DNA from: Desulfocapsa sulfexigens DSM 10523 | GTDB taxonomy: Bacteria > Desulfobacterota > Desulfobulbia > Desulfobulbales > Desulfocapsaceae | Assembly (NCBI RefSeq): GCF_000341395.1 | Contig: NC_020304.1 | Span: 270,001 to 302,000 of the forward strand | Length of the DNA: 32,000 nucleotides | Direction: 5' to 3' | Shown: positions 19,120 to 27,466 of the stretch, in pieces | Layout: each line of letters opens with the position of its first letter | How positions within the stretch are numbered: the stretch's first letter is position 1 | Notes under the pieces: generated by a model | Database searches by the model: none | What the model was told of the DNA's origin: nothing | Seen by the model: the letters and a program-made list of their open reading frames with translations, nothing else | Translations under genes and position numbers: made by a program

Positions 19120-19520
19120 TAGTGCATTGCCTCCTTCGATCCTGCTTCGTTGGGAGTCAGGTGACAATCCCAACAATAGGGGTCTACTGCTGCATAGGTA
19201 TGACAGCTGTCGCAGAATTTTTCTTTTTGACTATGACATGTCATACATGCCATCTGCAAGCCTTTGGGATATTTCTTCCCGTTGATCTCAAGAATCTCAC
19301 GATCTCCATCCCGCAGGACGTTATCACGCCACTCGTTGAGTAGCTGCATATGATTTGCCCGCATATAATCAGCCGGCATGACACACTGTTTCTCTCCACC
19401 TGGTGGCAACTCGGGTTTCGGCAAATCACCCGCCGTGGTCAACCCGTTGAACCAGATTGGAAAGGTCACAAAAAGGACGAATAAAATCAGTCCCGGTATG
19501 ATTGTTCCTTTGTTATACAT
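19119..19520 (-). CDS. dsrJ: DsrJ, membrane-anchored triheme cytochrome c
   Basis: It has an N-terminal TM anchor and three CxxCH motifs (CMTCH, CDSCH, CWDCH) in 133 aa. Confidence 0.85.
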   Translation of the reverse strand: MYNKGTIIPGLILFVLFVTFPIWFNGLTTAGDLPKPELPPGGEKQCVMPADYMRANHMQLLNEWRDNVLRDGDREILEINGKKYPKGLQMACMTCHSQKEKFCDSCHTYAAVDPYCWDCHLTPNEAGSKEAMH

Positions 19521-19546
19521 TTACGTTTCCTCCGTTCCGGTTCCTG

Positions 19547-21208
19547 TTAAACCATGGTCCTGAAGCCATCGGGAAGCTCTGATTCAGTTCCGTCGGCGCC
19601 ATACCCCATGGCTCGTTTCTCGTTATCCATAACCAGTGCATTCCCAACAAGTTCGGAAATACCACAAACACCACAGCCGGGATTCCAGTAATCCATAAGT
19701 GATGAAAGTGTTGCACGGTCGATGGCGCAGACACAGGAGAGCATGTTGACATCATGTTTATCAATCACATGCTTCACAGCATTAGCCCGTGGTAAACCGG
19801 CACGCATCCGAAGCTCCATGATCTCATCGGTATTCAGACCGGTTCCAGAGCCACAGCAGAAGGTCTGCTCGCGGATAGTATTTTCAGGCATTTCAACCCA
19901 TTTGGGAACGACATGATCGAGGATGTAACGCGGCTCATCCATAAGTCCCATTGCTCGCGCCGGGTTGCAGGAATCGTGATAGGTTGGCATCACATGGGCG
20001 TTACGGGTGGGATCGAGCTTGATCTTGCCATGCTTGATCAAATCAGCTGTAAACTCACTAATATGAATCATCTTGGTTGATTTGGCATTGTCAAAGACAG
20101 TCCCGGTCATGGGAGATTTTGGAACCTCCAGGAAATCAGCGGGACCGTTCATGGTATCCATATACTGATGCAGGACACGCCACATATGACCACACTCACC
20201 ACCAATGATGTACTTCACACCGAGACGTTTAGCCTCCGCATACATCTTGGCATTCAGTTTCTTCATCAATTCATTACTGGTGAAGAGCCCGAAGTTACCT
20301 CCTTCAGATGCGTAGGTAGACCAGGTGTAATCAAGGCCAATCTGCTCAAAGAGTGCAAGGTAGCCCATGGCTGTATAGAGGCCGGGTTCAGCAAAAACAT
20401 CAGCCGATGGAGTGATGAAGAGAACCTCAGCACCCTTGCGATTAAAGCTGTGATTAATCTTGACACCGGTAAGGCTTTCAACATCCTCCGCAAGGAAATC
20501 CACGTTGTCTTTAAAGGTGTGGGGCTGGAGTCCCATGTGGTTACCGGTACGGTTGGAGTTGGAAGCAGGTTCCAGGATCCAGTTGATTCCGATACCAACG
20601 AGATGAAGAAGCTCACGAAGCATCATGGTGACTTCAGCGGTATCAATACCGTATGGGCAGAAGACCGAACAGCGTCTACATTCCGTACACTGGTATGAGT
20701 ACATAAACCACTCTTTGAGGACGCCAACCGTCATCTCACGGCCACCCGCCATTTTACCGAAGAGTTTACCAGCCAGGGTAAAGTCATTCCGATAAACGGA
20801 ACGAAGCAGCTCTGCTCGAAGTACGGGCATGTTTTTTGGATCACCGGTACCGAGAAAGAAGTGACATTTATCTGCACAGGCCCCGCAACGCACACAGCAG
20901 TCCATGAAGATTTTAAGAGATCTGAATTTCTCGAGACGTTCGGCAAGCCCCTTGAGGATGATTTCCTGCCAGTTTTCAGGCAATTTCCAGTCATCTTCAT
21001 CCGGAGACCAAATGCGGGCATTTGGAAAGTTCAAATCACTTGAACTGTTTAGATATTCGACCTTTTCCTTTTTCGCAGGGTAGGCAAAATTCCCCTCTTT
21101 AAATATAGCCGGGGTGTCCATCCAGTCTTTGGTTGGTTGTGCTCCTGTTACCAAAGACGGACCCTGCACTACGCTTTTTGATAATTGTTCTAATTTTGCA
21201 AGTGCCAT
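19547..21208 (-). CDS. dsrK: DsrK, HdrD-like cytoplasmic iron-sulfur (CCG-domain) subunit
   Basis: The ferredoxin motifs are CVRCGACADKC and CTECRRCSVFCPYG. The CCG-type motifs are HDSCNPAR and FCCGSGTG. Confidence 0.9.
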   Translation of the reverse strand: MALAKLEQLSKSVVQGPSLVTGAQPTKDWMDTPAIFKEGNFAYPAKKEKVEYLNSSSDLNFPNARIWSPDEDDWKLPENWQEIILKGLAERLEKFRSLKIFMDCCVRCGACADKCHFFLGTGDPKNMPVLRAELLRSVYRNDFTLAGKLFGKMAGGREMTVGVLKEWFMYSYQCTECRRCSVFCPYGIDTAEVTMMLRELLHLVGIGINWILEPASNSNRTGNHMGLQPHTFKDNVDFLAEDVESLTGVKINHSFNRKGAEVLFITPSADVFAEPGLYTAMGYLALFEQIGLDYTWSTYASEGGNFGLFTSNELMKKLNAKMYAEAKRLGVKYIIGGECGHMWRVLHQYMDTMNGPADFLEVPKSPMTGTVFDNAKSTKMIHISEFTADLIKHGKIKLDPTRNAHVMPTYHDSCNPARAMGLMDEPRYILDHVVPKWVEMPENTIREQTFCCGSGTGLNTDEIMELRMRAGLPRANAVKHVIDKHDVNMLSCVCAIDRATLSSLMDYWNPGCGVCGISELVGNALVMDNEKRAMGYGADGTESELPDGFRTMV

Positions 21209-21246
21209 TATTCTATATCCTTATATAATTTGGATCAACAATCCTG

Positions 21247-22278
21247 CTATTCTTCGTCCTTCTTGGGAGGAAGCTCTTTTTCAACAGGGATGCCGGCATC
21301 AACCATGAACTCTCTGAACTCATCCTCGTATCCTGCATAGGAGTGAGGTTTGATTGTAGGATCATTCCATGGATTGATATGACGTTTCATACGACTGTCG
21401 TTTGCCATATTTCTGGTGGGACTCATAAAGACTCCCCCCATATGCATCAGTTTACTGAATGGAAAATATATGAGAAGAACTGAAACCAGAAAGACATGAA
21501 TATAGAAAATGGAACCAATCTGAGCATTAATAACCGGTGACAGGGTCACAAGACCAACCAGCAACTCTTTGATATTTACGATATCAATGTTGGTACGCAG
21601 AAAATAACGCATCAGCATGCCGGTGACGGCGATGGCAAAAATAAGAAAGAGTGGAAAATAGTCATTTGCAAGTGAAATGTAACGTACATTACGATTCACA
21701 AGACGACGGCCAAAAAGAAAAAGAACACCGGCAAGGATTGCCAGATCAGACGCGTAAAGCAGTGGAGCACCGACCTGAAGCATGGCTCCTGCATCCAGGA
21801 AATCCACAAACTGCAACCATTGAGGTACAGGATTCAGGAACAGACGCATATGTCTGATAACGATCACCAGAAAAGAATAGTGGAACAGCAGAGCTGCCAG
21901 CCACAGCCACCTGGATGACTCATAGGTGATTTTCGGCCCCTCGTGGAGTTCGGATTTGGTATTCCGAAACAGAGACCTGAACGCAAAAATTTCCAGGAAC
22001 ATCCTGGCGACAACTTCCGATGTCTTGGTTGGACAGTCCAGCTTATCCTGTTTGATGAAATCCAGAGATTTTCCCTGACCGCAAGTGGTCGGAATGGAAA
22101 ATGGTACCGGCGACTTAGCCCAGTACACAACTCTGTACACAAAACCACCCAGGAAGATCATGATCGCAAGATACGGGATAGCAACACCAAACAGGTATTG
22201 CATCCCAGGTATCATGGATCCCAGCCACGCAAACAGAACCAGCGCTAAGACTGCCAGGAATGAGAAGGCATACTTCAT
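21247..22278 (-). CDS. dsrM: DsrM, NarI-like diheme cytochrome b membrane subunit
   Basis: 343 aa with multiple TM helices and conserved His positions in a NarI-like layout. It is the first gene of the M-K-J-O-P order. Confidence 0.88.
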   Translation of the reverse strand: MKYAFSFLAVLALVLFAWLGSMIPGMQYLFGVAIPYLAIMIFLGGFVYRVVYWAKSPVPFSIPTTCGQGKSLDFIKQDKLDCPTKTSEVVARMFLEIFAFRSLFRNTKSELHEGPKITYESSRWLWLAALLFHYSFLVIVIRHMRLFLNPVPQWLQFVDFLDAGAMLQVGAPLLYASDLAILAGVLFLFGRRLVNRNVRYISLANDYFPLFLIFAIAVTGMLMRYFLRTNIDIVNIKELLVGLVTLSPVINAQIGSIFYIHVFLVSVLLIYFPFSKLMHMGGVFMSPTRNMANDSRMKRHINPWNDPTIKPHSYAGYEDEFREFMVDAGIPVEKELPPKKDEE

Positions 22279-22379
22279 TTCTTCTAACCTCGCTTCAAAT
22301 TGAATTGTATAGGTTTAGCTCCGGCAATATCCCCTGAACCGATGCAAAACCTGTTAATAATACGTGGTAACCCTGTCAA

Positions 22380-22916
22380 TCAGGTAGGAAAACCAACAGG
22401 ATCAACCTTATCTTTGTCCAGCAAGTTCGATGGACACTTGCTGTCGGTAAGAATGATGGTGCCGGTTTTTATCTCTTTAATCCTGACCTTATACAACCGC
22501 TCACGGCATTGCGAGTACAGGTCAAATGCTGCAAGAACTGCAAGATCCACAGCAAATTCAAAATCATAAAGATCTGCAATAAATTGCTTGCGTTCTGAAT
22601 CCTTGGCTAAAACATCTCGGGTAATATGTTTGACGGCATGAATGGGAGCTACAGCCTCGGATGCAGTAAACTCCTGAATAGAGCGAATCCGCATGATTTG
22701 ATCAAGTGGCGCAACAAACTCCTTGGGATCAGCATTTTTTGTGAGCAGCTTGTAGAGTTGCCCTAAAGACTCGCGGGTATTCCCCCCAACGGGGTTGGAA
22801 AATTTATCTGGCCCTTTCTTAAAAAATGTGGACGACTTATAGCTTGACAAGGTGTAGTCAACCCACTGATCAACTATCTTATCTTCGTAATTACGAAATG
22901 CCTCGGCAAGATCCAT
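22380..22916 (-). CDS. Conserved hypothetical protein, possibly RsbRD_N-domain family, immediately upstream of dsrM
   Basis: 178 aa, soluble, with clean coding character. My recollection is that RsbRD N-terminal-domain proteins are annotated next to dsrMKJOP in sulfate reducers. This is unverified here. Confidence 0.5.
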   Translation of the reverse strand: MDLAEAFRNYEDKIVDQWVDYTLSSYKSSTFFKKGPDKFSNPVGGNTRESLGQLYKLLTKNADPKEFVAPLDQIMRIRSIQEFTASEAVAPIHAVKHITRDVLAKDSERKQFIADLYDFEFAVDLAVLAAFDLYSQCRERLYKVRIKEIKTGTIILTDSKCPSNLLDKDKVDPVGFPT

Positions 22917-23134
22917 ATACCCCTAGTCCTGTTTAATGATCAATTAGCACCGGTTAACGCTAAGTAAGCCGGTATAAGTTCCTTCACGAAATTCTTTTCA
23001 AAAAAAACACTAAAAAAAATTCTAAGGCACTAATTGAATGAATGACCATTCATAAGGATCGAGATTTAGCATTTTTTAGTCTGTTAATCAAGAATTTTTT
23101 AAAATTCTATTATTCAAAAAAAACTGATGCTCCC

Positions 23135-25258
23135 TCACATATCATCAAGGATATGGAGCGACTCATTAATATATGGATCTTCTTTGATTTCCTCTTTCCA
23201 TTTATCCTTATCTTTACCATTATCAGGTTGAACGTCGGAAGAATCGCCATGCTCCAAGTCCTGTTCTTCGCGGTACTTCAGATAATGGGCACCGATCTTA
23301 TCGCGGGCAACTTTTGCCTCCAGGCGTTTTTCTTTCATATCGGAGAGTTTTAGAGAAATGGTCGTTTTTTTAACGCGCTCCGAGGCCTTGTCAGCCTCAT
23401 CGGCGATCACCTGCAACCCCTCGTCCTGCTGCACCCGTTTCCTCGATTTCGCCTCCAGCATGGCAAGATCAACTGGGGTTGAGCCATACCTTGCATAGGA
23501 AACAGGCTCTACCTGATCCCAGGGGAGGGAATAATCCAGATACTGTTCCCCGGATTCAAGATGCTGAAAAAGGCTCGGTAAAACAATGTCCGGCTCTACA
23601 CCTTTGTATTGCGTAGAACCGCCATTCACACGATAGAATTTCTGGATGGTTACCTTCAATGCTCCCAGGTCATCGTACTTCTTCAAGTGCAATGTCGGGA
23701 TATTCTCATTCATATTTATAAGTGTCTGAACGGTTCCCTTGCCATGAGTATGTGCCCCGCCAACAATCACTGCCCTTCCATAATCCTGAAGGGCGGCAGC
23801 TAAAATTTCAGAGGCTGAAGCAGAAAATTGATTCACAAGTACAAGCAGGGGACCATCCCAGGCGATGGAAGAATCCTCATCACTAAGCACCCTCTTATTT
23901 CCATAACTGTTCTTAACCAGCACAACAGGCCCTTCCTTGATAAACAAACCAGTGGTATCCACTGCATCCATAAGCGATCCGCCGCCATTATTACGAAGAT
24001 CAAGGATAAGGCCTTTTATTCCCTGCTTCTTCAACTCCTCGATGGCAATCCGGGTATCATCGGTGGAGTTCCTGGCATCGGAAGAACCATCACGGGTTTT
24101 TTCAAAATCACGATAAAAACTCGGAATCATCACATAACCGATTTTGGTTCCCGTGGGACTTTCAATCAAAGTAGACTTCACAAAAGTCTCCTCAATCTGC
24201 ACCACATCCCGAAGAATTGAAATAAATTCTTTATTCCCGTCAAGTTTTTTCACAGTGAGACGAACCTCGGTTCCTTTAGGACCGCGGATGAGACGAACGG
24301 CATCACGCAGGCGCATATCAGTGATTTCCACTGGATCCTTTTCACCCTGCCCCACTTCAAGAATAATATCTTCGGCCTCCAGGCGTCCCTGACGAGCAGA
24401 AGCGGAACCGGGAATAATATTAACTACTTTGATATAACCGTCCTCTTCTCGAAGAAGAGCACCTATTCCTTCCAGACTACCGCGCATGTGAATATCAAAA
24501 TCCTCTTTGTTGGCAGGTGGCATATAATTAGTGTGCGGATCAAATGCCCTGGCAATAGCATTAAAAAAACGGTCATAATGATCCTGCCTGGTCTCCTGGT
24601 GCATACGATTGAAAAAATTCCTGTTTCGCTGAGTAATCTTTTCCTCAGCTTCTGCCCACAGCTCCTTATCACTTTTTTGGGGGCCTTTGTCCTTTCCTTC
24701 CCCAGTTTGCACCTGATCTTCCTTCAGGTCCAGGTAACGGGAAATAATCTGGGCTTTAAGTATCTTCCTCCAACGCTCGGACAGATCGGTAAGGCTGGTT
24801 GCATATTGTAACTTCTCGGGATCAGTTTCATAGCTCTCATCACGGTTATAGTCAAACCCTGCTGCAAGGAGTTCAGTGGCGATTTTTTCTACTTCTACGA
24901 TTCGGGTAGCCAGCACTTCATAGCCGACATCGGGTAGAGTAATATCCCCTTTCACAAGATTGTTATCAATGGCAGGAGCCAGAACAGACAGCTTATCTAC
25001 ATCGGACTGCAGGAGAAAGCGTTTCTGATAATCGAGTTGTTTAAGGTACAGATCAAAGGCAGCAAAGGCCAGTTCATCATTCATAACTTTGTCGCTGAAA
25101 TGCATCACCGGCAACTGCTTACTGATCATAAAACCGATTATTTTATTGCGGGATACATCTGCAACGGGCGAGTCGGAGGACTTCGCAGGGGACACTGCGG
25201 GTAAAAAGAAGCTGATGACCACAATGCAGCCCAGAAATAAACGAAATATTTTTATCAT
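23135..25258 (-). CDS. prc: Carboxy-terminal processing (tail-specific) protease, S41 family
   Basis: It has a signal peptide and a PDZ segment (LEGIGALLREEDGYIKVVNIIPGSASARQGRLEAEDIILEV). The catalytic blocks are LILDLRNNGGGSL and NQFSASASEILAAALQDYGRAVIVG...HGKGTVQ. Confidence 0.9.
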   Translation of the reverse strand: MIKIFRLFLGCIVVISFFLPAVSPAKSSDSPVADVSRNKIIGFMISKQLPVMHFSDKVMNDELAFAAFDLYLKQLDYQKRFLLQSDVDKLSVLAPAIDNNLVKGDITLPDVGYEVLATRIVEVEKIATELLAAGFDYNRDESYETDPEKLQYATSLTDLSERWRKILKAQIISRYLDLKEDQVQTGEGKDKGPQKSDKELWAEAEEKITQRNRNFFNRMHQETRQDHYDRFFNAIARAFDPHTNYMPPANKEDFDIHMRGSLEGIGALLREEDGYIKVVNIIPGSASARQGRLEAEDIILEVGQGEKDPVEITDMRLRDAVRLIRGPKGTEVRLTVKKLDGNKEFISILRDVVQIEETFVKSTLIESPTGTKIGYVMIPSFYRDFEKTRDGSSDARNSTDDTRIAIEELKKQGIKGLILDLRNNGGGSLMDAVDTTGLFIKEGPVVLVKNSYGNKRVLSDEDSSIAWDGPLLVLVNQFSASASEILAAALQDYGRAVIVGGAHTHGKGTVQTLINMNENIPTLHLKKYDDLGALKVTIQKFYRVNGGSTQYKGVEPDIVLPSLFQHLESGEQYLDYSLPWDQVEPVSYARYGSTPVDLAMLEAKSRKRVQQDEGLQVIADEADKASERVKKTTISLKLSDMKEKRLEAKVARDKIGAHYLKYREEQDLEHGDSSDVQPDNGKDKDKWKEEIKEDPYINESLHILDDM

Positions 25259-25469
25259 CTGTTTCTCGATGGAGTAAAAGGAAAAGTCCGTTGCGCTTTA
25301 GTACCTTACAGGGTATTTTTTATTTTTTCCGATAATGCTCTACGTAGAGACTGACTTCGGCTAACTGTTCACCACCGTAAGGTAACGCTCAAATGCTACT
25401 TTAGACTTTATAAAACCAGAAAAACTACCAGAATTCGAGAAGAAATACCAATACAAACACTACAATCCC

Positions 25470-25772
25470 ATGGAAAAATTACGATCTGCCCTTCGGGAAT
25501 TCGCCTCAGCCAGAAAATGGCAACCATTTCACACCCCTAAAAACCTCTGTATGGCTCTGAGCGTGGAGACTGCAGAACTCACCGAAATCTTTCAATGGAT
25601 GGACAGCGAGGAAAGTCGTGTGGTTGACACAACCACCCTCCAACACATTGCGGAAGAAATAGGTGATGTCATGATATACCTTACCATGCTGGCAGACAAA
25701 TTTGACCTGGACCCTCTCAATTGTGCAAAGCAAAAGATACTACTCAATGCGGAAAAATACCCCCATCCATAG
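25470..25772 (+). CDS. MazG-like nucleotide pyrophosphohydrolase (small all-alpha NTP-PPase)
   Basis: FASARKWQPFHTPKNL...ETAELTEIFQW...EEIGDVMIYL is the MazG-type EExxE/D pattern. Confidence 0.8.
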   Translation: MEKLRSALREFASARKWQPFHTPKNLCMALSVETAELTEIFQWMDSEESRVVDTTTLQHIAEEIGDVMIYLTMLADKFDLDPLNCAKQKILLNAEKYPHP

Positions 25773-25851
25773 TGACCTGAGAAAAAAAAGCGGCTTGAAT
25801 TCACAACAAAAACAACAGATCTCATTTTTTTTATGTTTTGCCTATTCCATA

Positions 25852-25860
25852 TGATAGAAT
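25852..25860 (+). promoter_or_regulatory. Candidate extended -10 element (TGATAGAAT) upstream of flp
   Basis: TG-N-TAGAAT lies 46 nt upstream of the flp ATG, after a T-rich tract. There is no good -35. The flp gene has a strong SD, AGGAGG at 25892-25897. Confidence 0.25.
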
Positions 25861-25905
25861 CTCACAAGAATCTGACAGTTTGAAAATCCACAGGAGGAAT
25901 ACCTT

Positions 25906-26169
25906 ATGAAACTGTTCAAAAACCAATCTGGTCAGGGAATGACAGAGTATATTATTATTGTTGCTGTTATCGCTTTAGCAGGCATTGCAGCATTTTCCTA
26001 CTTCGGCAAGACGGTCCGTAATCAGACTGCCGCCATGAGTGAGTCGCTAGCCGGGGACAAGGCGGCAGCTACCACTGCAATCACGGCTGCCGATACCAGT
26101 GCAGGTAAAGCCGCGACAGAAGGAACGACCGATGCAAACCTGAAGGATTATGTAGACCGTCAGGAATAA
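25906..26169 (+). CDS. flp: Flp-family type IVc major pilin
   Basis: 87 aa. MKLFKNQSG|QGMTEYIIIVAVIALAGIAAF carries the Flp G/xxxxEY motif with Glu at +5, followed by a hydrophobic helix. Confidence 0.85.
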   Translation: MKLFKNQSGQGMTEYIIIVAVIALAGIAAFSYFGKTVRNQTAAMSESLAGDKAAATTAITAADTSAGKAATEGTTDANLKDYVDRQE

Positions 26170-26249
26170 TACGGTCACATTCAGGTATCCATGACAGAAC
26201 ACAAACAACCTGGAACACATCGGCAGTACCTCGAGTAGGAAACAAGACA

Positions 26250-27197
26250 ATGATATCCATCAACCAAAAGGGGCAGGCATCTGTTTTTGTGCTTGCTCTT
26301 ATTGGGATCGTTCTTGTTGCCACCATCTTTCTCTATCAATCCGGACGGCTTACCAGCGAAAAAATGCAACTCCAGAATGCTGCTGACGCCGCAGCCTTTG
26401 GAGCCGCTACTCTGGAAGCACGCTCTCTTAATTTTTCTGCTTACACCAATCGGGCCATGGTCGCCAATGAAGTTGCCGTAGGCCAGATGGTCGGCATGCT
26501 CTCCTTTGTTGACGAGCTCAAGACTACGGGCGAATACATAGACGAGTATGCCGGTATTCTGGAGGCTGCAACCGCCTGGCTGTTTGCAATAATTACGGTT
26601 GGTGATGTAATTGAAGGTATTATCAGTGTCATTGTCGAGATCCTGGAGGATATCGGCTCCACAATCACCGAGGTGGGAGAAGAGGCTGAACAGGCCATGG
26701 CGGCAATTGCCTCTCCTGTCATCAGTGGACTCTCCATTATTAATAATGTTTACAGCATCAGCCAGACTGCCTATCACGGTGCAACCATTGTTCTGGTCAC
26801 CACGAATATTTTCCAGAGTCTTGAAGATAATGTTCCAGGCACCACCCCTTTCAATATGATCAACCTCTTTGATCCCGACAAACCCGGTGCTCACCTCTCC
26901 GACCTTGGAGTTCTTGCCCTTGTCGGACACCTCCCCTCTTACTGGCAGGGATACACAAAACGATATACCCCATCGAAACAGAAGAAAAAAAAGGAATCAG
27001 AAGAAGAGAAAGAAAAAGAAAAAGAAGACGAGGAGTTGATATCAAAAGACGAAAGAAAAATAAAAAATGACAGAAAGCGGATTGCCGATGATCAAAAAAC
27101 CTTAGGACAGGATGAGAAAAAGTACAATGCTGCCCTAAAAAAAATAGAGGCTGATAAAAAAAGATTACGGCTGAAAAGAAAAAATGCGATTCGCTGA
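26250..27197 (+). CDS. TadG-like (Tad N-terminal domain) pseudopilin, N-terminal segment that ends in a frameshift
   Basis: NQKG|QASVFVLALIGIVLVATIFLYQSGRLTSEKMQLQNAADAAAFGAA is the TadE/G-like N-terminal pattern. The frame-0 stop at 27195-27197 falls inside a K/E-rich tract. Confidence 0.75.
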   Translation: MISINQKGQASVFVLALIGIVLVATIFLYQSGRLTSEKMQLQNAADAAAFGAATLEARSLNFSAYTNRAMVANEVAVGQMVGMLSFVDELKTTGEYIDEYAGILEAATAWLFAIITVGDVIEGIISVIVEILEDIGSTITEVGEEAEQAMAAIASPVISGLSIINNVYSISQTAYHGATIVLVTTNIFQSLEDNVPGTTPFNMINLFDPDKPGAHLSDLGVLALVGHLPSYWQGYTKRYTPSKQKKKKESEEEKEKEKEDEELISKDERKIKNDRKRIADDQKTLGQDEKKYNAALKKIEADKKRLRLKRKNAIR

Positions 27198-27466
27198 AAC
27201 AGGCCTGGGAAAAAGACAAAACCAAGGAAAACTCAGACAACTATGAAGCCTGTAAACAAAGATTAACTGAAGACAAGCTCACTCTGCAGGAAGACCAGGA
27301 TGCCCTGCAGGCAGTCGAGAAAACCCGGGCAAAACACCAGGAAAAGTTAAAAAAAGATCAAGCAACACTTGCACGCCACCAGAAAGACCTCACCGATGAA
27401 GAAGAAGACGAAGCAGAAGACGAAAAAGAAGAGAAGGAAAATGGGGGAAAAGAAGAAAATGCCGGG
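26976..27466 (+). other. Purine-rich, homopolymer-laden low-complexity coding tract encoding an E/K/D/R-rich segment
   Basis: The tract runs from SKQKKKKESEEEKEKEKEDEE... through ...DEEEDEAEDEKEEKENGGKEENAG. It contains A8 (26985-26992), A8 (27137-27144), A7 (27156-27162), A6 (27179-27184) and A7 (27349-27355). Confidence 0.8.

Noticed and set aside
19120-19176. Longer DsrO start at 19176
   Set aside because: It would overlap dsrJ by 58 nt. The twin-arginine signal follows directly after the ATG at 19119, which forms a TAATG junction with the dsrJ stop.
5527-20698. Other long antisense ORFs (5527-6048 -, 12956-13627 +, 17016-17669 +, 20168-20698 +, 10133-10621 +)
   Set aside because: Each lies opposite a gene with unambiguous family motifs (mltB, aroD/DUF1232, dsrP, dsrK, CsgG-like/aroA) and has no motifs of its own.
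22374-22379. Perfect TTGACA (minus strand) right after the upstream gene's stop, considered as a dsrM promoter
   Set aside because: There is no acceptable -10 hexamer at 16-18 nt spacing. The best candidate is TATTAA at 14 nt. It is too weak to call.
26976-27466. Purine-rich tract considered as a microsatellite, intergenic repeat or CRISPR-like array
   Set aside because: It has no fixed unit length and no repeat-spacer organisation. It reads as coherent charged-helix protein sequence in the two frames joined by the frameshift.
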